Shown: one piece after another, positions 27,071-36,473 of the stretch | Layout: every line of letters begins with the position of its first letter | Numbering within the stretch: position 1 is the first letter of the stretch | From: Spongiibacteraceae bacterium | GTDB taxonomy: Bacteria > Pseudomonadota > Gammaproteobacteria > Pseudomonadales > CAMLJR01 | Assembly: GCA_043786385.1 (NCBI GenBank) | Contig: JAYVWC010000082.1 | Coordinates: 8,208-72,207, forward strand | Direction: 5' to 3' | DNA length: 64,000 nucleotides | Program-made: the position numbers and the translations under genes | The notes under the pieces: model-generated | What the model saw: only the letters and a program-made list of their open reading frames with translations | Told to the model about the DNA's origin: nothing | Database searches by the model: none

Positions 27071-28735
27071 ATGAGAAAAACGATGAATTATCGATTGAGA
27101 AAAGCCATGCTGGTCGCCTTATTAGGAGTTACATCGATTGCGCATGGAGAAAACGCGGCATTGGGCGATGTCACTGCGCAAGATTTGCTGAAATTACTGG
27201 TCGACGAAGGCGTGATCGACAAAAATAAATTAAAAGCGTTAACCGAAAAAATTCAAGAGCGCAAAAAAACAGCGGCTGGGGCGGCGGTCGATAGCGTTGC
27301 AGAGACACAGCGCGATGTGAAGCCCGCTGCCGAGGGTCAAGTGATCCGCGTGCCGTACGTGCCGGCATATATCAAAGATGAAATTCGCGATGAGGTGCGC
27401 ATCGGTTTGAAAGAGGATGTGTCGCGCGATGTATTGGCGCAGGCCAAACAAGAGCGCTGGGGATTGCCGGGCGCACTGCCGGAGTGGATCGACACAATTC
27501 AATTCTACGGCGATGCCCGACTGCGTTATCAGGGCGATATGTTCGCGGAGGGCAACAGCGAAAGTCTATACCTCGACATCAATGAAGTGAATGCCGTCGG
27601 TGATATCGATAAATTAACCGATTCTGCATTTATCAATACTACCGAGGATCGCGAGCGGATGCGCGTGCGGATGCGGCTCGGGATGAAGGCAAAAATCAGC
27701 AATTCGGTCGAGGCCGGTTTGCGTTTAGTCACCGGCAATGGCAACGATCCAGTGAGCACCAATCAAACGTTGGGCAACTACGGTGAGAAGTATCAATCAA
27801 CATTCGATCTCGCGTATCTAAGCTATAAAAATCAGACGCGCAGTGTGCAGCTCGCGGGTGGCAGAATCAAAAATCCATTTTTCAGCACCGATTTAGTGTG
27901 GGACAACGATCTGACCTTCGAAGGCGTCGCGGGCAGTTGGCATTGGCTGCGCAGCGACGGTATGGACGAGCAGTTCCGGCAGGCCGACCCCTACATTACG
28001 GTGGGCGTTTTTCCGCTTGGCGAGGTGGAGAAATCCAGCGACGACAAATGGCTTTACGCTGCGCAGTTCGGCTTGGATTACGCATTTACGGATCAATCTA
28101 AACTTGAGCTGGGCGCGGCGTATTATCACTACGCCAATGTGGCCGGTGTTAGGAACGAACCGAATAGCAATCTTACCGATTACACCGCGCCCGATTACCT
28201 GCAGAAAGGCAATAGCCTGTTCAATATCCGCAACGATTTGGCCAATACCAGTCTTGTGTTGCTAGGGTTGTTGCCGGATTACCATCTCGCCAACGTCACG
28301 GCCGGCTACGATTTGGCGACGCTGGCGCCGCATCACATATTTTTGACTGCGGATTACGTCAAAAATATCGGCTTCGATCAGGATGAAATCGTTGCGCGGC
28401 GCGGCTCGCCAATCGATGAAGAAATCACCGGTTGGATGGTGCGCGCAGCTGTGGGCTGGCCGGTGGTGGCGCAGCGCGGCAATTGGCTGGCTGCGTTATC
28501 GTATCGTTATCTGGAACGCGATGCGGTGCTGGATGCCTTTACCGATTCGGACTTCCATCTCGGCGGTACCGATGCTAAAGGTTACGTGCTCGAGTTTCAA
28601 TACGGTCTCGACGAGGATATTTGGTTAACCACGAAATGGATGAGTTCCGACGAGATCGAGGGCGATCTGATCGGCGGCGGCGGGGGGCCGTTCGGCATCG
28701 ACACTCTGCAGCTCGATATCAATGCGAAATTTTAA
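27071..28735 (+). CDS. Porin-like outer-membrane beta-barrel protein (putative porin family)
   Basis: Signal peptide MLVALLGVTSIAHG. The N-terminal helical segment is DLLKLLVDEGVIDKNKLKALTEKIQERKK. A long region of alternating aromatic and Gly beta-strand pattern follows. The C-terminus is LQLDINAKF (terminal Phe). Confidence 0.6.
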   Translation: MRKTMNYRLRKAMLVALLGVTSIAHGENAALGDVTAQDLLKLLVDEGVIDKNKLKALTEKIQERKKTAAGAAVDSVAETQRDVKPAAEGQVIRVPYVPAYIKDEIRDEVRIGLKEDVSRDVLAQAKQERWGLPGALPEWIDTIQFYGDARLRYQGDMFAEGNSESLYLDINEVNAVGDIDKLTDSAFINTTEDRERMRVRMRLGMKAKISNSVEAGLRLVTGNGNDPVSTNQTLGNYGEKYQSTFDLAYLSYKNQTRSVQLAGGRIKNPFFSTDLVWDNDLTFEGVAGSWHWLRSDGMDEQFRQADPYITVGVFPLGEVEKSSDDKWLYAAQFGLDYAFTDQSKLELGAAYYHYANVAGVRNEPNSNLTDYTAPDYLQKGNSLFNIRNDLANTSLVLLGLLPDYHLANVTAGYDLATLAPHHIFLTADYVKNIGFDQDEIVARRGSPIDEEITGWMVRAAVGWPVVAQRGNWLAALSYRYLERDAVLDAFTDSDFHLGGTDAKGYVLEFQYGLDEDIWLTTKWMSSDEIEGDLIGGGGGPFGIDTLQLDINAKF

Positions 28736-28745
28736 GGGGTCGCGC

Positions 28746-29414
28746 ATGTTGAGCAAACATCGTTATAAAGGCTTCTCGATCGCATGGTTGTTGGCCAATT
28801 TGCTCGCTGTGAATGGTTTTGCGATAAACAACGCAGCCGCGCAGGATACCAATGCCAATGCACAAAAAAATGCGTTGGCGAAAGCGCAATATATGCTGCG
28901 TCAGGCGACTAGCGAAAAATCTGAAGCACAACAGCAAGCCGAGACGCTAAAGAAACAGATCGATACGCTGACTAAGGAGTTGGCCACGGTGAAATCCGCC
29001 GCTAGCGAAAATAAGCAAAAAATGGAAGAGAAATTCAGCGGTACCATCGAGCAATGGAAACAGCACGATGAAAAGGCCGGTGGTCAATTGACGACGTTAC
29101 GTACGCAATTGAAGGAGCAAACCCAGCTTCGTGCGCAGCTGGAGGAAAAACTTAAAATTCAAACCGATAATTTTTCAATGTGCTACGGCAATAATAAACA
29201 ATTGCTCGATGTTAATCGCGAGTTGCTCGATCGCTATCAGCACAAGGGCGTGCTCGATGCGGTCAGTCAGAAGGAGCCGTTCACCGGTCTTAAAGAAGTC
29301 GAAATAGAAAATCTGGTGCAGGATTATCGCTATCGGATCGATGATTTAAGTGTTGCTGCACCTGCTGCGGAAAAGGTTCCGGTTGCCGGTCAGCAATCGC
29401 CAGCAGTTGAGTAG
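28746..29414 (+). CDS. Secreted coiled-coil protein
   Basis: ATG at 28746 follows an AAGGGG Shine-Dalgarno. Signal sequence FSIAWLLANLLAVNGFA. It has heptad-like Q/E/K-rich stretches (QQQAETLKKQIDTLTKELATVKSAASENKQKMEEKF...LRTQLKEQTQLRAQLEEKLK). Confidence 0.6.
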   Translation: MLSKHRYKGFSIAWLLANLLAVNGFAINNAAAQDTNANAQKNALAKAQYMLRQATSEKSEAQQQAETLKKQIDTLTKELATVKSAASENKQKMEEKFSGTIEQWKQHDEKAGGQLTTLRTQLKEQTQLRAQLEEKLKIQTDNFSMCYGNNKQLLDVNRELLDRYQHKGVLDAVSQKEPFTGLKEVEIENLVQDYRYRIDDLSVAAPAAEKVPVAGQQSPAVE

Positions 29415-29493
29415 TAGGCAGATGCGATGGAGCAGCACTGAAGCACAGAATTGAGTTAAATAAAAAATCTGGATCAAGGTCAAGGGGTGAGCG

Positions 29494-30009
29494 ATGGCGA
29501 TCAAGAAAAATATTTCGGTGCGGTTGGGTGTCGCGGATCTGCGGCGCGTTAAGGAAATTGCATTGCGGCTCGACGTCAAAGAGTCGGAAATTTTTCGTTA
29601 CGCCGTCAAAGCGTTATCGACGCGGTTGATGCCGCTGTTAAATCGCCAATTGAGTGGAGTGCCGATGTTAGTTGCACTGCTCGAAAGCGGCGAGGAGATG
29701 CTCGGCTATTTTGAATTCGATGTACCACATTTGGAGCGTTTGATAAATGGCAGTATCGATCACCTCGCCGTGGTCGAGCACGAGGATATCGAAATGTTGG
29801 CGATCGGTATTATCAATCCCGATTATTTGGCGGCGCGCATTTCTGAAAAATTAAATGCCAGTATCGAGCCTGCGCTGGCGTTCGATGCATTGCAAAATTA
29901 TCTATTCCGTAAATATCAAGTGCGCGCGTATGCGGCGGTGGTCGGTAGCGCAGCCGATAACAGCAGCGATGGTATTAGCAGCATGAGCATGCAGGCCGTG
30001 CCGGCCTGA
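29494..30009 (+). CDS. Hypothetical protein (weak ribbon-helix-helix-like N-terminus)
   Basis: 171-aa ORF preceded by AAGGGGTGAG. The N-terminus is KKNISVRLGVADLRRVKEIALRLDVKESEIFRYAVK. No family was recognised. Confidence 0.45.
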   Translation: MAIKKNISVRLGVADLRRVKEIALRLDVKESEIFRYAVKALSTRLMPLLNRQLSGVPMLVALLESGEEMLGYFEFDVPHLERLINGSIDHLAVVEHEDIEMLAIGIINPDYLAARISEKLNASIEPALAFDALQNYLFRKYQVRAYAAVVGSAADNSSDGISSMSMQAVPA

Positions 30010-30010
30010 T

Positions 30011-30847
30011 TTATTTATCGCCCGGGTAACTTCGCATCGGGATAAACGGATGAAACGCGATCTCGATACCTTCTTCGATATCGCTGTCGTCGTTTAGTAC
30101 GTGTTTGCGGCGCGCAAACTTGGCCTCGCCTTTGGTATCGATCGTCTGTAGCGTGTCGAGTCCACCGTGGCTACTGAACAAGCCTTCCATGTTGGTCGAA
30201 TAAATCGTCAAGACCAAGCTCGCCACTTTAACCGATTGATTCCAATCAAACCCTTCCGGTACACCTTCTGCACCGGCGGACGCCATGCTCGGTTTGCGGC
30301 TGACGCCATCCCAACGCGCCAAATGATCCATGCCGACCGTATGCGCCGAGTCGCGTTCGACAACGTCAGTAAATACAATCGCATCGATATCGGTGGTGTC
30401 GCGTAATGTGGTGGCAGTGGTAACCATCACCGCACGCCAAGTTGCGGGATCGACGTGGCCGGTGGTTGGATCGTACATATCGCCGTAGGTGCGAACCGCT
30501 TGATTCCACGCATTATCGAATACGTAGCCCGGTGCAATTTGATAGCCGTGCTTTTCCAGATACGCTTTCACCATTTCATCGATACGCGTCGAAGCTTTTT
30601 GTAAATAGAAGCGCGTCGGCTCGCCGCTGACATTGGTGGTGGCGATCACCAGCTTTTTCAGCGGTTTTTGCGCGATCGCCGTCTGGTTTATTTCATAGGG
30701 AAATACGGTGGGGTTGTGGCTGGTGCTGGCGCACGCGGCGAGCACCGCGATAACGGCACCAATCGCGACGCGCACTAATGGTCTGCGCATCAATGGGCGT
30801 CGTAAAAAAGAAAACGGTAGAATGCGTGACATTAACGATAATTCCAT
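30011..30847 (-). CDS. Lipoprotein of unknown function
   Basis: Lipobox AVLAAC follows MRRPLVRVAIGAVI. The start is ambiguous (Met at 30847, 30832 or 30790). The ORF-track N-terminal extension to 31369 overlaps the ybfF-like gene and is Arg/Pro-rich junk. Confidence 0.6.
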   Translation of the reverse strand: MELSLMSRILPFSFLRRPLMRRPLVRVAIGAVIAVLAACASTSHNPTVFPYEINQTAIAQKPLKKLVIATTNVSGEPTRFYLQKASTRIDEMVKAYLEKHGYQIAPGYVFDNAWNQAVRTYGDMYDPTTGHVDPATWRAVMVTTATTLRDTTDIDAIVFTDVVERDSAHTVGMDHLARWDGVSRKPSMASAGAEGVPEGFDWNQSVKVASLVLTIYSTNMEGLFSSHGGLDTLQTIDTKGEAKFARRKHVLNDDSDIEEGIEIAFHPFIPMRSYPGDK

Positions 30848-30903
30848 GACAGGGGTCGAAGCGCGCACCATTCTAACGCTGGCCACCCCGACTGAGAAGG
30901 GAA

Positions 30904-31695
30904 ATGCAAAAAGCTGATGTTGTACCTGTACCTGAGCATTTGCACTATGCGCTATTCGGTAGCGCGGGCGAGTGGGTATTGTTGTTGCATGGGCTGTTCG
31001 GTGCGGGTGAAAATCTCGGCGCGCTGGCGAAGGTGTTGGCGGTCGAGCATCGTGTCGTGCAGATCGATTTGCGCAATCACGGTCGCTCGCCGCACCGCCC
31101 GACGATGAATCTAGCGCTGCTGGCGGCGGATATCGCCGCGCTGCAGGATCGCTTGGGCATTGCGCGCAGCCATCTGGTTGGCCACTCGCTTGGCGGCAAA
31201 GTGGCGATGCAATTAGCGCTGAGCCAACCCGAGCGCGTCGCGCGCTTGGTCGTCGCCGATATCGCGCCGGTAAACTATGCGCCACATCATCAAGCGATTT
31301 TTGCCGCGTTGCAGGCGGTCGATCTCGCACAGCTTGCATCGCGTAGCGCGGCTGATGTGGTGCTAGCAAAATTTATCGACGAGCCGACGGTGCGACAGTT
31401 TTTGTTGAAGAGTTTATATCGCGCCGATGCCGGCTTTCAGTGGCGGTTCAATTTGCCGACGCTAATCGATCATTATGCCGAGTTGTTGGCGGGGCCGAGC
31501 GGTACGCCCTTTACCGGCCCGACGTTATTTATCAAAGGCGAATTGTCCGATTATCTACTCGCCGCGCACGAGGTCGCGCTGCGCGAGTGGTTTCCAAATT
31601 TTAAATTTAAAACGATCGCCGCTGCCGGGCATTGGCTGCATGCCGAAAAGCCGATCGCATTTAATAAATTGGTGCAGCAGTTTTTGCGGGCTTGA
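30904..31695 (+). CDS. ybfF: Alpha/beta-hydrolase esterase, YbfF orthologue
   Basis: It is collinear with E. coli YbfF as recalled: LLHGLFGAGENLG...QIDLRNHGRSPH...GHSLGGKVAM...IAPV.Y...GHWLHAEKP. Confidence 0.85.
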   Translation: MQKADVVPVPEHLHYALFGSAGEWVLLLHGLFGAGENLGALAKVLAVEHRVVQIDLRNHGRSPHRPTMNLALLAADIAALQDRLGIARSHLVGHSLGGKVAMQLALSQPERVARLVVADIAPVNYAPHHQAIFAALQAVDLAQLASRSAADVVLAKFIDEPTVRQFLLKSLYRADAGFQWRFNLPTLIDHYAELLAGPSGTPFTGPTLFIKGELSDYLLAAHEVALREWFPNFKFKTIAAAGHWLHAEKPIAFNKLVQQFLRA

Positions 31696-31838
31696 GTTTG
31701 CGAGTTGAAGGCGGCGAGTCGGTCGATCGGTAGTGCGGTCTGGCAGTACAAATATTGTGCTATCTTGTGGGCTGCAGCATGGAATAAAATGTGCTTAAGG
31801 CTATATTAATAACAATATTCTGACGACAGGCCGGTCCG

Positions 31839-32564
31839 ATGCAACGAATCGTGGTGCTCAATCCAAAAGGCGGCTCCGGCAAGACCATGCTGGCCACCAA
31901 TCTTGCCAGTTATTTCGCGAAACGCGGCGATAAAACAGTGCTGATGGATTACGACAGCCAAGGTTCGAGCACTTATTGGGTGGGGCAGCGTTCAGTCCAG
32001 CACGCGCCGGTGCAGGTGATCTCGGCGTATAAACAGCCGCTCGGTGTCACTCGTAGCTGGTTTTTACGGGTGCCGCCGCAGACTAAAACGTTAATCATCG
32101 ATACCCCCGCAGCGCTTGATTTCGGCACACAGCAACGTCTGTTGCAAGAAGCTTCGGCGATCGTTATCCCGGTGCTGCCGGCCGATGGCGATATTCATGC
32201 GGCGTCGAATTGCATTGCTGATTTATTGACTGCGACAAAAATTCGGCGCGAGGATGGGCGCATTGCGGTGGTCGCCAATCGCGTGCGCAAAAATACTTTG
32301 GCGTACCAACGCCTGGTGTATTTTCTGAACTCGCTGCGCATTCCCTTTCTGACCACGCTGCGCGATACGCAGAACTACATCAACGCAGCGGCGCAGGGGC
32401 TTGGTATCTGCGATATGCCCGAGCAGCAGGTGCAAGAGGATTTTGATGCGTGGTTGCCGCTGTTCAACTGGTTGGCGCGACGCGAGTCGAGCGAACTGCA
32501 TCTGCAGCAACTCGGCGGGCCTGTACAGGCGGCCACCTTGCAACAGAATCGTTTTAATTTCTAA
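31839..32564 (+). CDS. Orphan ParA/MinD-family ATPase
   Basis: It has the deviant Walker A NPKGGSGKTMLATNLA and YDSQGSS. No parB or plasmid context is present. Confidence 0.8.
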   Translation: MQRIVVLNPKGGSGKTMLATNLASYFAKRGDKTVLMDYDSQGSSTYWVGQRSVQHAPVQVISAYKQPLGVTRSWFLRVPPQTKTLIIDTPAALDFGTQQRLLQEASAIVIPVLPADGDIHAASNCIADLLTATKIRREDGRIAVVANRVRKNTLAYQRLVYFLNSLRIPFLTTLRDTQNYINAAAQGLGICDMPEQQVQEDFDAWLPLFNWLARRESSELHLQQLGGPVQAATLQQNRFNF

Positions 32565-33862
32565 ACCTCGACCAACGCCGCAACCTCGACCATGCCGTGC
32601 GTCAATAATTTTAAATCGTCGGCATTTATAATGAACGGCGGCATCGCGTAAATAAATTTCCCGAACGGCCGCACCCATAAACCGCGTTGAATAAATAAAT
32701 CTTGAATCGCCGCGACGTTAATCGTCTCGCGCATTTCGATAATGCCGATCGCGCCGAGTATGCGCACATCGGCGACCTGCGCTAATTGGCGCGCTGGCTC
32801 CAAACCCTCTCGCAATTGCGTTTCAATCGTTTGTACTTGGCGCTGCCACGGTTGCGAAATTAATAGCTCGATACTCGCGCACGCGATCGCGCAAGCTAAC
32901 GCATTGCCCATAAATGTAGGGCCGTGCATCAGCGCACCGGCGCCGCCGCTGCAAATGCCATCGCTGACGCGCGTGGTACACAGCGTCGCGGCTAAACTCA
33001 AATAGCCGCCGGTGAGCGCTTTACCCAAACACATAATATCGGGGCTGATGCCGGCGTGCTCGCACGCAAATAATTTACCGGTGCGCCCAAAGCCAGTGGC
33101 GATTTCATCGCAGATCAACAAGACATCGTAGCGGTCGCACAGTGCGCGCACGTGCTGCAAATACGCTGGCGCGTATAAATGCATGCCGCCGGCTGCTTGT
33201 AAAATCGGTTCGAGAATAACCGCAGCAATTTCGTCGCTATGGTGTTCAAGCAATGCGCGTAGCGATTCGATATGTTGTTCGACAAAATTTTCATCGAAGC
33301 ACGGGCTGGGTTTATCGGCAAAAAAATGTTGTGGCAATACGCTGCTAAACAATTGATGCATACCTTCGACCGGATCGCACACCGACATCGCCATAAACGT
33401 ATCGCCGTGATAACCGCCGCGCACGGTCAGCAATTTTTGTTTTTGGTTGTTGCCTTGTGCGCGCCAAAATTGCAGCGCCATTTTTATTGCGATCTCGACA
33501 GCTACCGAACCTGAATCGCTAAAAAAAACTTTCGTCAACGGTGTCGGCGTGAAATTCACCAGCAGCTTGCCGAGTTTGATCGCAGCCGGATGCGTAAGGC
33601 CGCCGAACATCACATTCGACATCGCGGCTAATTGTTGCTGTGCCGCCGCGTTCAATAGCGGATGGTTGTAGCCGTGAATCGCACTCCACCACGAGCTGGT
33701 GCCATCGATCAAATCGCGACCATCGGCTAATTGCAAACGCACGCCGTGCGCGGCCACCACCGGATACACCGGCGCTGTATTTGGCAGCGCTGCGTAGGGG
33801 TGCCAAATATGTTCGCGATCAAGCTGTAGCAGCTGCGCGATGGAATTGGAATCGAGCGACAT
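32561..33862 (-). CDS. bioA: Adenosylmethionine-8-amino-7-oxononanoate aminotransferase
   Basis: Class-III aminotransferase with HIWHPYA, FFSDSGSVAVE, DEIATGFGRTGKLFA and PPFII. The start was trimmed to the Met at 33862 (MSLDSNS). Confidence 0.9.
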   Translation of the reverse strand: MSLDSNSIAQLLQLDREHIWHPYAALPNTAPVYPVVAAHGVRLQLADGRDLIDGTSSWWSAIHGYNHPLLNAAAQQQLAAMSNVMFGGLTHPAAIKLGKLLVNFTPTPLTKVFFSDSGSVAVEIAIKMALQFWRAQGNNQKQKLLTVRGGYHGDTFMAMSVCDPVEGMHQLFSSVLPQHFFADKPSPCFDENFVEQHIESLRALLEHHSDEIAAVILEPILQAAGGMHLYAPAYLQHVRALCDRYDVLLICDEIATGFGRTGKLFACEHAGISPDIMCLGKALTGGYLSLAATLCTTRVSDGICSGGAGALMHGPTFMGNALACAIACASIELLISQPWQRQVQTIETQLREGLEPARQLAQVADVRILGAIGIIEMRETINVAAIQDLFIQRGLWVRPFGKFIYAMPPFIINADDLKLLTHGMVEVAALVEV

Positions 33863-34043
33863 AGTTTGATTGCCTGGTAGCGGGGTGAAAGTAAAATCGA
33901 AATCGGCACGCGCCATTATCGCAGATTTCGTGAAGGGCATTATTGCTCAAAATTAGGATGGCGAAATCGACGGAAAAGTTATCCGTATCGACTACAATTA
34001 GCGGCCAAACGGCAGCGATAAACGACGAGGGAGATGAGTTGCG

Positions 34044-35057
34044 ATGAAAGTGTTGGTGACGGGCGGAGCAGGGTATATCGGCAGCCATACCTGCGTGGAA
34101 TTGCTGAATGCGAGCCACGAGGTAATCGTGGTCGATAATCTGAGCAACAGCAGCGAAGAATCGCTGCGCCGCGTGCAGCGCATCACCGGCCGCGCGGTTA
34201 GCTTCGAGCGCGCCGATGTGCGCGATGCCGCCGCGCTCGAACGCATATTTGCGCAGCAGCCGATCGATGCGGTAATCCACTTTGCCGGCCTCAAAGCGGT
34301 CGGCGAATCGGTGCAGCAACCGCTGCGTTATTATCAGAATAATGTCGAAGGTACGCTGACATTGTGCGAGGCGATGGCGCGTCACAATGTATTCAATCTG
34401 GTATTCAGCTCGTCGGCCACCGTATACGGCGATCCGCACACCGTGCCGATCACCGAAAGTTTTCCGCTCTCCGCGACCAATCCGTACGGCCGCTCGAAAT
34501 TGATGGTCGAAGATATTCTGCGCGATCTCGGCAAAGCCGATCCGCATTGGAATTTAATTTTGCTGCGCTATTTCAATCCGGTCGGTGCGCACGAAAGCGG
34601 TTTAATCGGCGAAGACCCGAACGGTATTCCGAATAATTTGGTGCCATACATCACACAAGTAGCAGTCGGCAAACTCGAACAACTCGCGGTATTCGGCAAC
34701 GATTGGCCGACACCCGACGGCACCGGCGTACGCGATTATATTCACGTCGTCGATCTCGCCATCGGCCATTTAAAAGCGCTCGACAAACTCGCGCAAAACC
34801 CGGGCGTTGTAGCGATCAACCTCGGCACTGGCCACGGCTATTCGGTACTCGACATGATCGCCGCGGTCGAAAAAGCCAGCGCGAAAAAAATCAATTACCG
34901 CTTCGACCCACGCCGCCCCGGCGATATCGCCAGCTGCTACGCCAATCCGGCATTTGCATTTAAAGAATTAAATTGGAAAGCAGAGCGCGGCATTGAGCAG
35001 ATGACGTGCGATGCATGGAATTGGCAGAAGATGAATCCGATGGGGTATGGGGAGTGA
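34044..35057 (+). CDS. galE: UDP-glucose 4-epimerase
   Basis: It has [38 protein letters not shown] (YxxxK) and [15 protein letters not shown]. Confidence 0.95.
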   Translation: MKVLVTGGAGYIGSHTCVELLNASHEVIVVDNLSNSSEESLRRVQRITGRAVSFERADVRDAAALERIFAQQPIDAVIHFAGLKAVGESVQQPLRYYQNNVEGTLTLCEAMARHNVFNLVFSSSATVYGDPHTVPITESFPLSATNPYGRSKLMVEDILRDLGKADPHWNLILLRYFNPVGAHESGLIGEDPNGIPNNLVPYITQVAVGKLEQLAVFGNDWPTPDGTGVRDYIHVVDLAIGHLKALDKLAQNPGVVAINLGTGHGYSVLDMIAAVEKASAKKINYRFDPRRPGDIASCYANPAFAFKELNWKAERGIEQMTCDAWNWQKMNPMGYGE

Positions 35058-35078
35058 GTGGATTAGGAGTGCACGGAT

Positions 35079-35621
35079 ATGCGCGTTAGGCTGGTAGTTT
35101 CGTTTTTATTTTTATTCTCTAGCTTAGTTCAAGGTGCTGGCTTCGATTGCGCGAAAGCCGCTACGGCAATTGAAAAGCTTGTGTGCAAAAATCCTGAATT
35201 ATTAGAATTGGATAGTCAATTAGCCGTTTCATATAAGAATGCATTAGCTGCGGCAAAGGATGTCGCTTTACTTAAAGACCTGCAGCTAACGTGGTTGCGT
35301 AATGTTCGCAATATGTGTTTAGACACTAGCTGTTTGGAAATTGAATATCGCTTAAGAATTATACAGTTGGCCTCCGCATCCGAATGGATGACTGATGAGA
35401 AGGAGCAGTCTATATGCAAAGATGTGGTCGATGCGATTAATGAGGGTTCTATTATAAATCGATTTGAGAAATTTGTTCCTGCGAGTAAAGAAGACCAAAA
35501 CTTATTTTTAGAGAAGAAAAAATCCTCTTCTAGCTTTTATTACATGAGTCAAACTTTAAATATAACCTCAAAGCTAGGAGGCACTAGGTTTAGTTCATGG
35601 CACCGGCACTTGTGGCGATGA
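35079..35621 (+). CDS. Secreted DUF1311 (LprI-like) domain protein; possibly the 5' part of a frameshifted longer gene
   Basis: Signal peptide VVSFLFLFSSLVQGA. It has the DUF1311-type pattern FDCAKAATAIEKLVCKNPELLELDSQL...Y...LQLTWLRNVRNMC. The region is visibly AT-richer than its flanks. Confidence 0.6.
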   Translation: MRVRLVVSFLFLFSSLVQGAGFDCAKAATAIEKLVCKNPELLELDSQLAVSYKNALAAAKDVALLKDLQLTWLRNVRNMCLDTSCLEIEYRLRIIQLASASEWMTDEKEQSICKDVVDAINEGSIINRFEKFVPASKEDQNLFLEKKKSSSSFYYMSQTLNITSKLGGTRFSSWHRHLWR

Positions 35622-35655
35622 TGACATCATCGAAATTTCATCAAAAAATACAGCG

Positions 35656-36384
35656 ATGTTCATGTATCCGCCCGATGATGATCAAGAAAGGCTTCGCTGG
35701 TCGGGTTGGGGTAATCGGGTTTATTTTCTTTGGGTTAAAGGAGAGCCCGTTGTAATTAAAGGAGAGTTCGATTGGGGATATTCAAAAGCTGAATTGGTCA
35801 GTTGGTTGGCGCCGGATGGCGCTCAGCGAGCATTGTGTTATCTGCGCGTTGATTCGGGGAAACCACCACGACGTGAAATAGTCCGCAACGAAAACCCGGC
35901 GCTTTGTGGTGCTTTAAAGAGTGGCTCGGTGCAGTTTGTTAGTTGGTCTAGTGAGCCCGTTGCTGAGAAAATAATTGATGATTACGGTCATACTTCCATT
36001 CCGGAGAGGACGACTGCAATAGACATTAATGCAGATGGAAAGACCGAAAAAATCGGTCAGTTTTTGTATGAGTCTAGTGCAGGCTGCGGTGGTTCTAGTC
36101 AATGGCTTCAAGAATTGGTGCCGGAGTCATCTTCGGCTTCGCTTAAAGAGGTTCTTAACGGTGGAATTACTAGAGGGCCGATAAAAAACGTGGGAAGTGG
36201 CGACCCGTGGTCTTCCGTAAATATTTTTCTATTCCAAAAAAAACCTTATATTCTCGAAGCAGGTGAAGAGTCGAGCGCAGCGGTAACTTCTGTCTGGGGC
36301 GGTAAAAAGGAAACATGGTGCGAATACAATATATTACCCCAATATGAAGTAGATGTATTTTACCCCGTAGAAAGTTGGCCTTGA
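35656..36384 (+). CDS. Hypothetical protein; possibly the 3' part of the same frameshifted gene
   Basis: 242-aa ORF with no Shine-Dalgarno before its ATG. Its frame is already open from 35578 and overlaps the end of the upstream ORF, giving the continuous reading ...SKLGG/ALGLVHGTGTCGDDDIIEISSKNTAMFMYPPDD. Confidence 0.5.
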   Translation: MFMYPPDDDQERLRWSGWGNRVYFLWVKGEPVVIKGEFDWGYSKAELVSWLAPDGAQRALCYLRVDSGKPPRREIVRNENPALCGALKSGSVQFVSWSSEPVAEKIIDDYGHTSIPERTTAIDINADGKTEKIGQFLYESSAGCGGSSQWLQELVPESSSASLKEVLNGGITRGPIKNVGSGDPWSSVNIFLFQKKPYILEAGEESSAAVTSVWGGKKETWCEYNILPQYEVDVFYPVESWP

Positions 36385-36473
36385 TCCAAAGAGTGAGTGT
36401 GTGCATTATTTTCTTAGAATTGCGGATTTAATTCCCCATCGTAGCAGCCGACTGAAGCGAAAATTTTGCGGGG

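Noticed and set aside
30848-31369. N-terminal 174-aa extension of the lipoprotein ORF (ORF track 30011-31369)
   Set aside because: The extension is Arg/Pro/Ala junk and overlaps the well-supported ybfF-like gene on the opposite strand. A canonical lipoprotein signal peptide begins at internal Met codons.
33819-34547. 242-aa minus-strand ORF overlapping galE
   Set aside because: It is antisense to an unmistakable galE and has an Arg/Ala/Ile-rich composition without motifs.
35596-35612. Sigma-54-like TGGCAC-N5-CTTGT sequence
   Set aside because: It lies inside coding sequence at the putative frameshift overlap, its second element deviates from TTGC, and no enhancer-binding protein or suitable downstream gene is present.
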